From Candidatus Dormiibacterota bacterium (GTDB lineage Bacteria > Chloroflexota > Dormibacteria > Dormibacterales > Dormibacteraceae), in NCBI GenBank assembly GCA_036794405.1, contig DAIRGV010000001.1, positions 44,550 to 108,549 of the forward strand: a stretch of DNA of 64,000 bases, read 5' to 3'. Shown one piece after another: positions 52,323-61,391 of the stretch. The position numbers were made by a program, and so were the translations under genes. Position 1 is the stretch's first letter; each line of letters begins with the position of its first letter. The notes under the pieces were generated by a model that searched no databases, was not told the origin of the DNA, and was given only the letters and a program-made list of their open reading frames with translations.

Positions 52323-53167
52323 CGCCGCCTTCGGACCTCCGCGTCATAGGTGTTGCTGACGAGCATCGCGCGCGTCATCGGGCCGACGCCGCCCGGGTTG
52401 GGGGTGAGCCAGCCGGCCACCTCGGCCACGCCCTCCGCGACATCGCCGACCACGTTGCCGTTCAGCCGGCTCACCCCGACATCGATCACCGCCGCGCCCG
52501 GCTTGACCCAGTCCGCTTCGATGTAAAACGTTTTACCGACCGCTGTCACGAGCACGTCCGCCTGCCGGCAGACCGCGGCGAGGTCGGTGGTCCGGCTGTG
52601 GCAGATCGTGACCGTCGCGTGCTCCTGGAGAAGGAGCAGTGCGACAGGCTTTCCGACCAGGTTGCTACGGCCCACGACGACAGCCCTCCGGCCCGCCACC
52701 GGCACCTCATACCGAGCCAGTAGCTCCATGATGCCGGCCGGGGTGCAGGGTTTGACCAGTGGCTCGCCGAGTGCCAGGCGGCCGGCGTTGTAAGGGTGGA
52801 GCCCGTCAACGTCCTTGACCGGCGAGATCGCCTCCACCACCGCTTCAGAATCGACGTGCGCGGGCATCGGCATCTGGGGCAGGATCGCGCTGACCTCGTC
52901 ACTGGCGTCCAGCGCTGCAACCAGCGCGATCACCTCCTCGGTGGTGGCGCTTGCGGGGAGCCGGTGGTCAGAGGTGGTGATGCCGACCCGCTCGCAGTTC
53001 CGGTGCTTCATCCGGATGTAGATGTCCGACGCCGGGTCGTCGCCGACCAGCACTGTTGCCAGGTGCGGCCGGGTCCCGCCGGTCGCGACCCGGTCGCGGA
53101 CTCGAGCCTCGATCTCGACGTAGATCGACTCCGCGATCGCCCGTCCGTCCAGGCTCAGCGCGCTCAT
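52319..53167 (-). CDS. folD: bifunctional methylenetetrahydrofolate dehydrogenase / methenyltetrahydrofolate cyclohydrolase
   Basis: LATVLVGDDPASDIYIRMK, DVDGLHPYN, VVVGRSNLVGKP, PNPGGVGPMT. Confidence 0.9.
   Translation of the reverse strand: MSALSLDGRAIAESIYVEIEARVRDRVATGGTRPHLATVLVGDDPASDIYIRMKHRNCERVGITTSDHRLPASATTEEVIALVAALDASDEVSAILPQMPMPAHVDSEAVVEAISPVKDVDGLHPYNAGRLALGEPLVKPCTPAGIMELLARYEVPVAGRRAVVVGRSNLVGKPVALLLLQEHATVTICHSRTTDLAAVCRQADVLVTAVGKTFYIEADWVKPGAAVIDVGVSRLNGNVVGDVAEGVAEVAGWLTPNPGGVGPMTRAMLVSNTYDAEVRRRR
52521..52537. other. parS-like AT-rich motif, site 7 (ATGTAAAACGTTTTACC)
   Basis: Read directly. Inside folD, encoding G-K-T-F-Y-I as GGT AAA ACG TTT TAC ATC. Confidence 0.55.
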
Positions 53168-54315
53168 GCCTGGCGCGCCGCCTCGGAGACGAGCCGCATC
53201 ACCTCGCGCAGCTCCCGCCCGCTCTCGCGCGCCAAACGGCGCGCGTCCTCGTACTCAGGAGCCCACTCCACCGCTCGGCCGTCCATGTATTTGACCTTGA
53301 CCCGGGCCCTGCCGAGCTCGGTCGCCACCTCTATCACCTGCCGCTCGGCGAGCACACGGCGGGTCTCGCTGACCCGCACCCCGAGGGTCGAGCTGCGGCG
53401 GAGCAGCAGCTCGGTCACCGCCGGGGAGCGATCCGGTGCCGCCAGCACGGTCACGAGGTGGCCGGGCCGCCCCTTCTTCATCAGGGCCGGCACGATCGAG
53501 ACGTCGAGCGCACCCGCCTGCATCAGGTCCTCGACCAGCGCGGCCAGCATGTTCCCGGCCATGTCATCGAGGTTCGTCTCGAGGACCGTCACCGTGTCCT
53601 CGGTCCGGTCGGAGGATTCGCCCAACCAGACGCGGAGGAGGTTGCCGGGCCGGTCCCGGCCGCCGACGCCGTAACCGATGACCCGCGGTCGCAGGGCCGG
53701 CCGTTCGAAGCGGGCGCTGACCGCGAGGATCGCGGCGCCGGTCGGCGTCACCAGCTCCTCGCCGCCCTCCACCGGTTCCAGCAGGGCGCCGGCGTCGGTC
53801 AGCAGCTGGAGCGCGGCCGGCGTCGGCAGCGGCAGGTCGCCGCTCATGCCCCGCTCGGCCGGCAGCGGGGACGCGTACACCTCCTCCACCCGCAGCTCCT
53901 CGAGGAGCCAAAAGGCGCCGACCAGGTCCACGAGGGTGTCGGCCCCGCCCAGCTCGTGGAGGTGGATCTCATTGACCGGCACGCCGTGGATCCGCGACTC
54001 CACCCGGCCGAGCTGGACCAGCGCGGCAAGGGAGCGGTTGCGCGCCCGCTCGGGGATCTCGGCCGCCTCGGAGACCAGCCGCTGGAGCTCCGCCAAGGAG
54101 CGGACCGAGCCGTCGCCGGCGCGGACGATCACCCGCTGTCCCCCGATGTGGCCCCGCTCCTCACGGCGGATCTCGAGCGACACCTCCTCTTCCAGCGACA
54201 GCACCGCCAGCACCCGGTCGAGCACTCCGGCATCGCCGCCCGCGTCGAGCAGGGCGCCGAGGACCATGTCGCCCGAGATCCCGGAGAAGCAGTCGAAGTA
54301 CGCGATCCGGCTCAA
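53164..54315 (-). CDS. larC: nickel insertion protein LarC (DUF111)
   Basis: IAYFDCFSGISGDMVLGALLDAG, IHLHELGGADTLVD. TTG start overlaps the folB stop (TTGA). Confidence 0.8.
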   Translation of the reverse strand: MSRIAYFDCFSGISGDMVLGALLDAGGDAGVLDRVLAVLSLEEEVSLEIRREERGHIGGQRVIVRAGDGSVRSLAELQRLVSEAAEIPERARNRSLAALVQLGRVESRIHGVPVNEIHLHELGGADTLVDLVGAFWLLEELRVEEVYASPLPAERGMSGDLPLPTPAALQLLTDAGALLEPVEGGEELVTPTGAAILAVSARFERPALRPRVIGYGVGGRDRPGNLLRVWLGESSDRTEDTVTVLETNLDDMAGNMLAALVEDLMQAGALDVSIVPALMKKGRPGHLVTVLAAPDRSPAVTELLLRRSSTLGVRVSETRRVLAERQVIEVATELGRARVKVKYMDGRAVEWAPEYEDARRLARESGRELREVMRLVSEAARQA

Positions 54316-54662
54316 GGCCGCGAGATCTCCACGGCGACCGAGCGGAACTCACCCGGAAGCGGAGGCTTCTTGTGCACCCGAACCGTCGCCCGCTCGACTC
54401 GCGGCAACTCCAGCAGACGGTCGGCGATCCGTTGAGCGACCGCCTCCAACAGGTGGCAGGGCTCTCCCTCGACGACCTCCCGCACCAGGTTGTAGGCGCG
54501 GGCATAGTCGATCGTCTCTTCCAGCCGGTCGGAGCGCCCCGGCGCCCGCAGGTCGCCCTCGAGCACGACGTCGACCGTGAAGCGGGCGCCCAACTCCCGC
54601 TCGGCCGGGAAGACCCCGTGCCGGCCGAAGAAGGCCATCCCCTCCATCAGGATCCTGTCCAC
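54312..54662 (-). CDS. folB: dihydroneopterin aldolase
   Basis: ILMEGMAFFGRHGVFPAERELG, DYARAY, LLEAVAQRIA. Confidence 0.85.
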   Translation of the reverse strand: MDRILMEGMAFFGRHGVFPAERELGARFTVDVVLEGDLRAPGRSDRLEETIDYARAYNLVREVVEGEPCHLLEAVAQRIADRLLELPRVERATVRVHKKPPLPGEFRSVAVEISRP

Positions 54663-54742
54663 CGGCAGAATTATCGGCCGCCTGCCAGGCCCACATCGGG
54701 GAAGGGAATGGCGGGTGCGACCCGACCGGTTCAGGGAACTTG

Positions 54743-56461
54743 ATGAAGGACTCGCCGGAGCAGTCGAACCAGGAGAGGCAGGCGGCGAACGCGGCCCTGA
54801 TGGTCGGGCGCAGCCCGTGGCTCGCCCTGCTCGTCCTCTGCATGGGCTTTTTCATGATCCTTCTCGACACGACGATCGTGAACATCGCGATCCCGAGCAT
54901 CATCGACGGCCTCCACGCCACCCTCGACCAGATCCTCTGGGTCCTCAACTCCTACGTCCTCGTCTACGCGGTGTTCTTGATCACCGCGAGCCGCCTCGGC
55001 GACCGCTTCGGCCAGCGCAACCTGTTCGTCGCCGGCCTGGCCCTGTTCACCACCGCCTCGGCGCTCTGCGGCCTCGCCCAGGACAGCAACCAGCTGATCG
55101 CCGGCCGGGTCATCCAGGGCGTCGGTGGCGCGCTGCTGACTCCGCAGACGCTCGCCGTCATCTCGGTCATGTTCCCGCCCGCGCGGCGTGGTGCGGCGAT
55201 GGGCGTGTGGGGCGCGGTGGCCGGAATGGCAGCCATCGCCGGTCCCACCCTGGGCGGCTTCATCGTCACCTACATCGACTGGCGGTGGATCTTCTATGTC
55301 AATCTCCCGGTCGGGATCGCCGCGATCGCCCTTTCCTTTGCCTACATCCCCGACCTGCGACCGGGCCGCCAGCACGGCTGGGATGTGCCTGGCATCCTGC
55401 TCTCAACCGCCGCGCTCTTCCTGATCGTCTTCGGGCTGATCGAGGGCCAGCGCTACAGCTGGGGCACCATCAGCGGCTTCATCAGCATCCCGCTGATCCT
55501 GGTGACGGGCGCGCTGTTGCTTATCGCCTTCGTCTTCGTCGAGCGCTCGGCCGCGGAGCCGCTGGTTCCGCTCGACATCTTCCGCAACCGCAACTTCGCG
55601 ATCCTCAGCTGGGTCACCGCCGCGATGGCCTTCGGAATGCTGGGGCTCTTCCTGCCGCTGACGATCTACCTCCAGAGCGTCGTCGGTCTGACCGCCTTCC
55701 AGGCCGGCCTCACCTTCGCGCCGATGTCGCTGACCTCTCTCCTCGTCGCGCCCAACGCCGGCCGCCTGACCGACCGGATCGGCGGCAAGTACATCCTCAT
55801 GGCCGGACTCGCCCTCTTCGGGATCGGAATGGGCGGGATCGTCTTCAGCGCCGGGCTCGACTCGACGTGGACGACTTTCCTGCCCTGGCTGATGGTTGCC
55901 GGCTTCGGGATGGGCTGCATCTTCGCCCCCGCGACCACGGTCGCGATGCGGAACATCCCGCAGCACCGGGTGGGAGCCGCGTCGGGCGTCTTCAACACCA
56001 CCCGCCAGCTCGGCGGGGCGATCGGCTCCTCGATTGTCGGCGCTGTCCTCCAGAACCGGCTCAGCGCCGAATTGAAGGACCAGGCGGTGTCCCGAGCCGG
56101 CCAGCTTCCCGCCCGGCTATCCGCCGCGGCGAAGGAGAAGATCGTCCAATCCTTCACCTCGCGGAGCGCGGGCGGGCTGGAGGTCGGCCGCGGCCAGAGC
56201 GGCGGCGGCAGCGCGGCCTTCCAGGCGCCGCCCAATCTGCCAGCGGCGGCCGTGCATCAGCTCCAGCAGCAGATCGCTGCCTACTTCCACGACGTCTTCG
56301 TGAACGCCTACCTGGTGGCCATGCGCCCGACCCTTTTGATCTCGGTCGCAGTGCTCCTGGTGGCGGCGGTCAGCTGTCTCGGGATCCAGCGCCGGCAGGT
56401 TGCCGCGGTGGCAGCCGAGCAGGAGCGGAGTCGGGAGCGGGAGGTCCAGCCGGCTAGTTAG
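54743..56461 (+). CDS. MFS transporter, DHA2 (EmrB/QacA-like, 14-TMS) family
   Basis: MILLDTTIVNIAIPSI, ASRLGDRFGQR (motif A-like), and many TM segments. Confidence 0.8.
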   Translation: MKDSPEQSNQERQAANAALMVGRSPWLALLVLCMGFFMILLDTTIVNIAIPSIIDGLHATLDQILWVLNSYVLVYAVFLITASRLGDRFGQRNLFVAGLALFTTASALCGLAQDSNQLIAGRVIQGVGGALLTPQTLAVISVMFPPARRGAAMGVWGAVAGMAAIAGPTLGGFIVTYIDWRWIFYVNLPVGIAAIALSFAYIPDLRPGRQHGWDVPGILLSTAALFLIVFGLIEGQRYSWGTISGFISIPLILVTGALLLIAFVFVERSAAEPLVPLDIFRNRNFAILSWVTAAMAFGMLGLFLPLTIYLQSVVGLTAFQAGLTFAPMSLTSLLVAPNAGRLTDRIGGKYILMAGLALFGIGMGGIVFSAGLDSTWTTFLPWLMVAGFGMGCIFAPATTVAMRNIPQHRVGAASGVFNTTRQLGGAIGSSIVGAVLQNRLSAELKDQAVSRAGQLPARLSAAAKEKIVQSFTSRSAGGLEVGRGQSGGGSAAFQAPPNLPAAAVHQLQQQIAAYFHDVFVNAYLVAMRPTLLISVAVLLVAAVSCLGIQRRQVAAVAAEQERSREREVQPAS

Positions 56462-56745
56462 TGGCGGCGGCCGCTGACCACCCGGAGCAGGCCGAGCAGG
56501 ACCACGGCGCCGAAGAAGGCGACGACCAGGCTCTCCCAGAAGCCGGCGACGCCCTGAATCAAAAAGCTGAGCAGGATCCCGCCGATGAAGCCGCCGGTGA
56601 TCCCGACCACGATGTCGACGATGCAACCGTAACCGCGGCCGCGAACGACGCGACCCGCGAGGGCGCCGGCGACGAGGCCGATCAGGAGCCAGGAGAAGAC
56701 CCCTCCGGGTTCCAGCTGGAAGGCGAGGAAGATTATCGGGTGCAT
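56458..56745 (-). CDS. GlsB/YeaQ/YmgE-family small membrane protein
   Basis: WLLIGLVAGALAGRVV...GIVDIVVGITGGFIGG pattern. Confidence 0.75.
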   Translation of the reverse strand: MHPIIFLAFQLEPGGVFSWLLIGLVAGALAGRVVRGRGYGCIVDIVVGITGGFIGGILLSFLIQGVAGFWESLVVAFFGAVVLLGLLRVVSGRRH

Positions 56746-57957
56746 TCAGCGGTACACCCCATTGTGGCCGGTGCTGAAGCGCCCGGCGTTGGGGAAGTAG
56801 GTCAGCCCATGGGCGCCGGCGCCCGCCCGGATCGTGCTCAGCAGCCGTCCGGTCTCGGTGTCGATCACCTGCACGGTTCCGTAGTAGCGGCCCGAGGCCC
56901 ACAGCTGGCTGCCGTCCGGTGAGAGCTGCATCATGTCCGGGCTGCCCCCTACCTTCCAGGTTGCGACCACGGTACGGAGGTTCAGGTCGATGACCGAGAT
57001 CGAGCCCGCGGTCCGGTTGCTGACGTAGAGGAAGTGGGTGTCGCGTGAAACCTGCAGACCGTGCGCTCCGCGGGCGGTCGGCAGGAAGGCGAGCTCCTTC
57101 ATCGCGACCGGGTCGATGATGGAGACGCCGTTGCGCCCCTGGTTGGTGATGTAGAAGACGTCGCCCGAGGGCGCGAGACGGACGTCGATCGGCAGGCCCC
57201 CGACGTTGAGCGAACCGGTCATCTGCATGGTCCGGGTGTCGATCTTGACCAGCATCCCACTCCACTCCGTGCTGGCGATCAGGTAGCTGCCATCGGCGGA
57301 GAAGTCGAGGTGATCGATCCCTCGCCAGGGGATTGGCACCGACTTCAGGAGCTGCCAGGACACAGGGTCGCGGAAATCGAGCCGGGCCAGGCGTTCGACG
57401 ACGACGATCGCCTTCTTGCCGTCGGGTGTGAAGTAGAGGTTGTACGGATAGGGCACCGAGACCCGGCCGGTCACTCGGCCGGAGTCGGGGTCGATCACGG
57501 TGAGCTGGCTCGACCCCTCGTTGTCGACGTACAGGTGCTTCAAGTCCCAGGACGGCGTGATGTGGTGCGGGATGGCGCCGACGGCGAAGTGGCCGACCAC
57601 CCGGAAGGTCACCGGGTCGATCACGTCGACAGTGTTCGCCCGGCTGTTGGGGACGTAGACGCGGGGAGCGATGCCGGCGACGCTCGGGTCGACCTGCCCG
57701 CCGAGGGTGGCGGCGTAGACGTTGAAGGCCACTGGGGCCTCGCTGCCGGCCAGAAGTCGAAGCGAGTGGGCACCCGGCTGCAGCAACGAGGCCGCAACGG
57801 TGGTGAGATCAGTTGCGCCCCGTGCCGGAGCCCCGCCGTCGGGTGGTGGCTCGTCAAGGGTCGCCGCGACGGGCTTGTCGGGGGCGACCCAGAGCAGCAG
57901 GAGGCCGACCAGGCAGAGGGCGATTGCGCCGGCGAGCGCGCCGCGGATGAACCTCAT
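56746..57957 (-). CDS. secreted YVTN-repeat (YncE-like) beta-propeller protein
   Basis: Signal/TM N-terminus. Repeated ...YV.N...N.VSVID... units (VYVPNSRANTVDVID, LYVDNEGSSQLTVID, FYITNQGRNGVSIID, LYVSNRTAGSISVID). Confidence 0.75.
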   Translation of the reverse strand: MRFIRGALAGAIALCLVGLLLLWVAPDKPVAATLDEPPPDGGAPARGATDLTTVAASLLQPGAHSLRLLAGSEAPVAFNVYAATLGGQVDPSVAGIAPRVYVPNSRANTVDVIDPVTFRVVGHFAVGAIPHHITPSWDLKHLYVDNEGSSQLTVIDPDSGRVTGRVSVPYPYNLYFTPDGKKAIVVVERLARLDFRDPVSWQLLKSVPIPWRGIDHLDFSADGSYLIASTEWSGMLVKIDTRTMQMTGSLNVGGLPIDVRLAPSGDVFYITNQGRNGVSIIDPVAMKELAFLPTARGAHGLQVSRDTHFLYVSNRTAGSISVIDLNLRTVVATWKVGGSPDMMQLSPDGSQLWASGRYYGTVQVIDTETGRLLSTIRAGAGAHGLTYFPNAGRFSTGHNGVYR

Positions 57958-57996
57958 CTTTCGCTGGCCGGGATTCTAGTGCCGGCCGGCCTCGGT

Positions 57997-58857
57997 CTAA
58001 GCGGGCGAGTTGCCGACCTTGGGGCCGAAGTCGGCATCGGCGCGGATGAGGGAGTCGATGTACCGGAAGCGTTCATAACGATGCTGCAGCAGCTCCTCGG
58101 TCGGCGTTCTCAGAAGCGGCTCGAGGTGGCGGACGAGCGCCTTCTCGAGGGCTTTGGCGGCGCCATCGTAATCGAGATGGGCCCCTCCCTTCGGCTCCTC
58201 GATGACTTCTTCGACCACGCCCATCGCGAGCAGGTCGCGAGAGGTGATCTGCAACTGCTCGGCGACCTCCACCTTGCGCGAGTTGTCGCGCCACACGATC
58301 GAGGCGGCCGCCTCCGGCATGGCGACCGAGTAGATCGAGTTCTCCAGCATCAGCACCCGGTCCGCCACCGCCAGCCCGAGCGCGCCCCCGCTGCCGCCTT
58401 CGCCGATGATCGCGGTGATCACCGGGACGGGGATCCAGAACCACTCCATGATCGCGGCGGCGATGGCGGCCGCGATGCCGCGCTCCTCCGCCCCAGCGCC
58501 AGGGTAGGCGCCCGGGGTGTCGACCAGGCAGATGATCGGAAAGCCGAACTTGGCCGCTTGCCGGGCGAGGCGCATGGCCTTCCGGTAGCCCTCCGGGTGC
58601 ATCATCCCGAAGTTGCGGCGGACTCGCTCCGGGAAGTTGCGCCCCTTCTGCTGGCCAAGGAACATCGTCGTCCGCCCATTCCAGGTGCCCACTCCGCCGA
58701 CCAGCGCCTGGTCGTCGGCGCCGAGCCGGTCGCCATGGTATTCGACGAAATCGGGCGCCAGCCGCCGGATGTAATCAAGTGCGTAGGGTCGCTCGGCGTG
58801 GCGGGCGAGCTCGACCACCTGCCAGACCGTCAGCGTCCCCGGCTGCCGCTCCCTCAC
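57997..58857 (-). CDS. accA: acetyl-CoA carboxylase carboxyltransferase alpha subunit
   Basis: FGMMHPEGYRKA, LVDTPGAYPG, ERGIAAAIA, IGEGGSGGALG. Confidence 0.9.
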   Translation of the reverse strand: MRERQPGTLTVWQVVELARHAERPYALDYIRRLAPDFVEYHGDRLGADDQALVGGVGTWNGRTTMFLGQQKGRNFPERVRRNFGMMHPEGYRKAMRLARQAAKFGFPIICLVDTPGAYPGAGAEERGIAAAIAAAIMEWFWIPVPVITAIIGEGGSGGALGLAVADRVLMLENSIYSVAMPEAAASIVWRDNSRKVEVAEQLQITSRDLLAMGVVEEVIEEPKGGAHLDYDGAAKALEKALVRHLEPLLRTPTEELLQHRYERFRYIDSLIRADADFGPKVGNSPA

Positions 58858-59693
58858 GTGTAGAGGTCCACCAGGTGGGCGAGCAGGGGGCGGAGCTCAA
58901 CGCGGGGGACGACCATGTCGATCTGCCCGTGCTTGAGTTGGAAGTCGGCGGTCTGGAAGTCCGGCGGCAGGTCGGCGTAGGTCGCCTGCTTGATCACCCG
59001 GGGGCCGGTGAAGCCGATCTTCGCCTCTGGCTCGGCAATGTTGACGTCACCGAGCAGGGCAAGCGAGGCGGCCGTCCCCCCGTAGGTCGGGTCGGTGAGG
59101 ATGCAGAAGTAGGGCAGGCCGGCGGCGTGCAGCCGCCCGACGGCGCCATTCGCCTTGGCCATCTGCATCAGCGCCAGCACTCCCTCCTGCATCCGTGCGC
59201 CCCCCGAGGCGGCGACCAGGATGTAGGGCAGCCGGTCGGAGGCCGCCCCCTCCAGACCGCGGGCGAGCCGCTCGCCGGCAACGATGCTGAGCGTGCCGCC
59301 GACGAAGCGGAAGTCGAAGACGCCAAGCCAGACTGACCGGCCCCCCAGAAGCGCCGTCCCGGTGCGGACGGCTTCGTTGAGGCCCTCCTCGCGCGCCTGC
59401 TCGATCGTCAGGTGGTACGGCTTCGGCATCTTCCAGTCGAGGAGGTCGTGGGGCCGGACATCTGACCAGCGCTCGTTCCAGGTGTCCCCGTCGGCAAGGA
59501 GGGCGATCCAGGAGTCGGCCCGGAGCTGGAAATGGTGGCCGCAATCGCAAACGTAGACGTTGGCGGCCAGCTCCTCGCGGTCGAGGCCCACTCCACAGCC
59601 GGGGCAGTTGCTGGGAAGCGCGATCTCCGGCAGCGGGCCTCCGGCGAGGGGAACGTCCTGCCAGGGGGGCCGCAGGGTCAGCACCTCAGACAC
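58854..59693 (-). CDS. accD: acetyl-CoA carboxylase carboxyltransferase beta subunit
   Basis: Zinc ribbon CPGCG...CDCGHH, and GGARMQEG. The start is placed at GTG 59693, preceded by GGAGG; alternatives are ATG 59705 and GTG 59684. Confidence 0.85.
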   Translation of the reverse strand: MSEVLTLRPPWQDVPLAGGPLPEIALPSNCPGCGVGLDREELAANVYVCDCGHHFQLRADSWIALLADGDTWNERWSDVRPHDLLDWKMPKPYHLTIEQAREEGLNEAVRTGTALLGGRSVWLGVFDFRFVGGTLSIVAGERLARGLEGAASDRLPYILVAASGGARMQEGVLALMQMAKANGAVGRLHAAGLPYFCILTDPTYGGTAASLALLGDVNIAEPEAKIGFTGPRVIKQATYADLPPDFQTADFQLKHGQIDMVVPRVELRPLLAHLVDLYT

Positions 59694-60414
59694 TGAGACC
59701 TCCATCGACGACCAGGGTGTGGGCGGTAATGAAGCCGGCGCCGGGCGAGCAGAGGAAGGCGACCGCGGCCGCGACATCCTCGGGGGTGCCCACGCGCGCG
59801 AGTGGGGTGAACCTGACGAGCTCGGCCACCATCTCATCGGTGAGCGACTTGCCGGTCAGCTCGGTCCGGACATAGCCGGGAGCGACGGCGTTGACAGTGA
59901 TGCCGCGCGAGCCGACCTCCTTGGCGATCGCCTTGGTGAACCCGATCAGCCCGGCCTTGGCGGCGGCGTAATTGGCCTGGCCGGGGTTGCCGGTGATACC
60001 GACGACCGAGCTCATGTTCACGATCCGGCCCCACCGGTTGCGCAGCATCCCACCGGCGAGGGTCGCCTTGGTGGTGTGGAAGGCGGCCGTCAGGTCGGTG
60101 GCGATGATGTCGTTCCAGTCCGCTTCGGTCATTCGCAGCAGGAGCTTGTCGCGAACGGCGCCCGCGTTGTTGACCAGGATGTCGACCCGGCCGATCGCCT
60201 TGATCATCGCCTCCACGGCGGCTCCATCGGACACGTCGCATTTCACCGCGACTCCGCCGATCTCCTGCGCGACCTGCTCGGCGGCGGCACTGTCGGAGCG
60301 GTAGTTGACGTGCACTGTGGCACCCATTCCCGCGAGAGCCCGGGAGACGGCGGCGCCGATTCCCTTACCGCCTCCGGTCACCAGCGCCACCCTCTCCTGC
60401 AGCTCGGTGCTCAT
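59686..60414 (-). CDS. fabG: 3-oxoacyl-ACP reductase
   Basis: [13 protein letters not shown], and the S...YAAAKAG catalytic triad region. Confidence 0.9.
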   Translation of the reverse strand: MSTELQERVALVTGGGKGIGAAVSRALAGMGATVHVNYRSDSAAAEQVAQEIGGVAVKCDVSDGAAVEAMIKAIGRVDILVNNAGAVRDKLLLRMTEADWNDIIATDLTAAFHTTKATLAGGMLRNRWGRIVNMSSVVGITGNPGQANYAAAKAGLIGFTKAIAKEVGSRGITVNAVAPGYVRTELTGKSLTDEMVAELVRFTPLARVGTPEDVAAAVAFLCSPGAGFITAHTLVVDGGLSV

Positions 60415-61391
60415 GCCGGCACCTCCCGGGGGGTGTCGGCGAAGTCGACGAAGAGCTCCTCCGCGTTCCAGGTGTCGACGCCCGGGATGTGCTTGGCCGC
60501 GAGGGATGCAAGCACCCGGCCCGGGCCCAGCTCGACCACCGTTTTGATCTGCAGCCGCTGGATGGAGACCATTGTTCGCATCCAGTCGACCGGACGGAGC
60601 AGATGGTTGGTCAGCTCGCCGCGCAGCGCCGCGGCGCTGCGAATCGGTTTGCCGGTGGCGTTGGCGAGGATCGGGATGGCCGGCACCGTGATGTTGAGGC
60701 GGTCGATCACCTTCTTGAACGCCGCGCCAGCCTTCGCCATCAACGGCGAGTGGGCGGCCAGCGGGATGGTCAGGATCAGCGCCCGGCGAGCACCGGCGGC
60801 AAGCGCCAGACGCTCCGCCTCCAGCACCGCCGGCACCTCGCCGGAGAGGACGAACTGAACATCCGCGTTGCGGTTCGCGAGGTAAAGCCTGCCGCTCTTT
60901 CCAGCTTCGGCGATGATCTGTTCGATCCTGGCCTGGTCGAGGTCGACGATCGCGATCATCGCGCCCGGCCGCTCCCTGGCGGCCCGGCTCATGATCTCCC
61001 CGCGCGCTTTGACCAGCAACAGGGCGGTCTCCCAGGAGATCGCGCCCGAGGCGGCCAGGGCCGTGAACTCGCCCAGCGAATGGCCGGCCATCACCTTCAC
61101 CTTCTCCATCCCGTAGGACTCCCGCCAGACCTCGTAGGCGGCCCAGCAGCAGGTCATGACGCAGGGCTGGAGGACGTCAGTCTGGTTCAGCTCCTCCTCC
61201 GGCCCCTCGAAGCAGAGCCGGCGGACCGGCATGCCGAGGACCTCCTCGGCCCGCTCGAACGCGGCCCGTGCGGCCGGGTACCGGTCATGGATCTTCTGTC
61301 CCATGCCGGGACGTTGCACTCCCTGCCCGGGAAAGAGGAGGGCGATTGGCCCTCGCAGGTCTATGCCCACTCGAGCAGGGTTGCTCCCCAA
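60411..61391 (-). CDS. fabD: malonyl CoA-ACP transacylase
   Basis: [21 protein letters not shown]. The start is uncertain: TTG 61391 or GTG 61370. Confidence 0.85.
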   Translation of the reverse strand: MGSNPARVGIDLRGPIALLFPGQGVQRPGMGQKIHDRYPAARAAFERAEEVLGMPVRRLCFEGPEEELNQTDVLQPCVMTCCWAAYEVWRESYGMEKVKVMAGHSLGEFTALAASGAISWETALLLVKARGEIMSRAARERPGAMIAIVDLDQARIEQIIAEAGKSGRLYLANRNADVQFVLSGEVPAVLEAERLALAAGARRALILTIPLAAHSPLMAKAGAAFKKVIDRLNITVPAIPILANATGKPIRSAAALRGELTNHLLRPVDWMRTMVSIQRLQIKTVVELGPGRVLASLAAKHIPGVDTWNAEELFVDFADTPREVPA

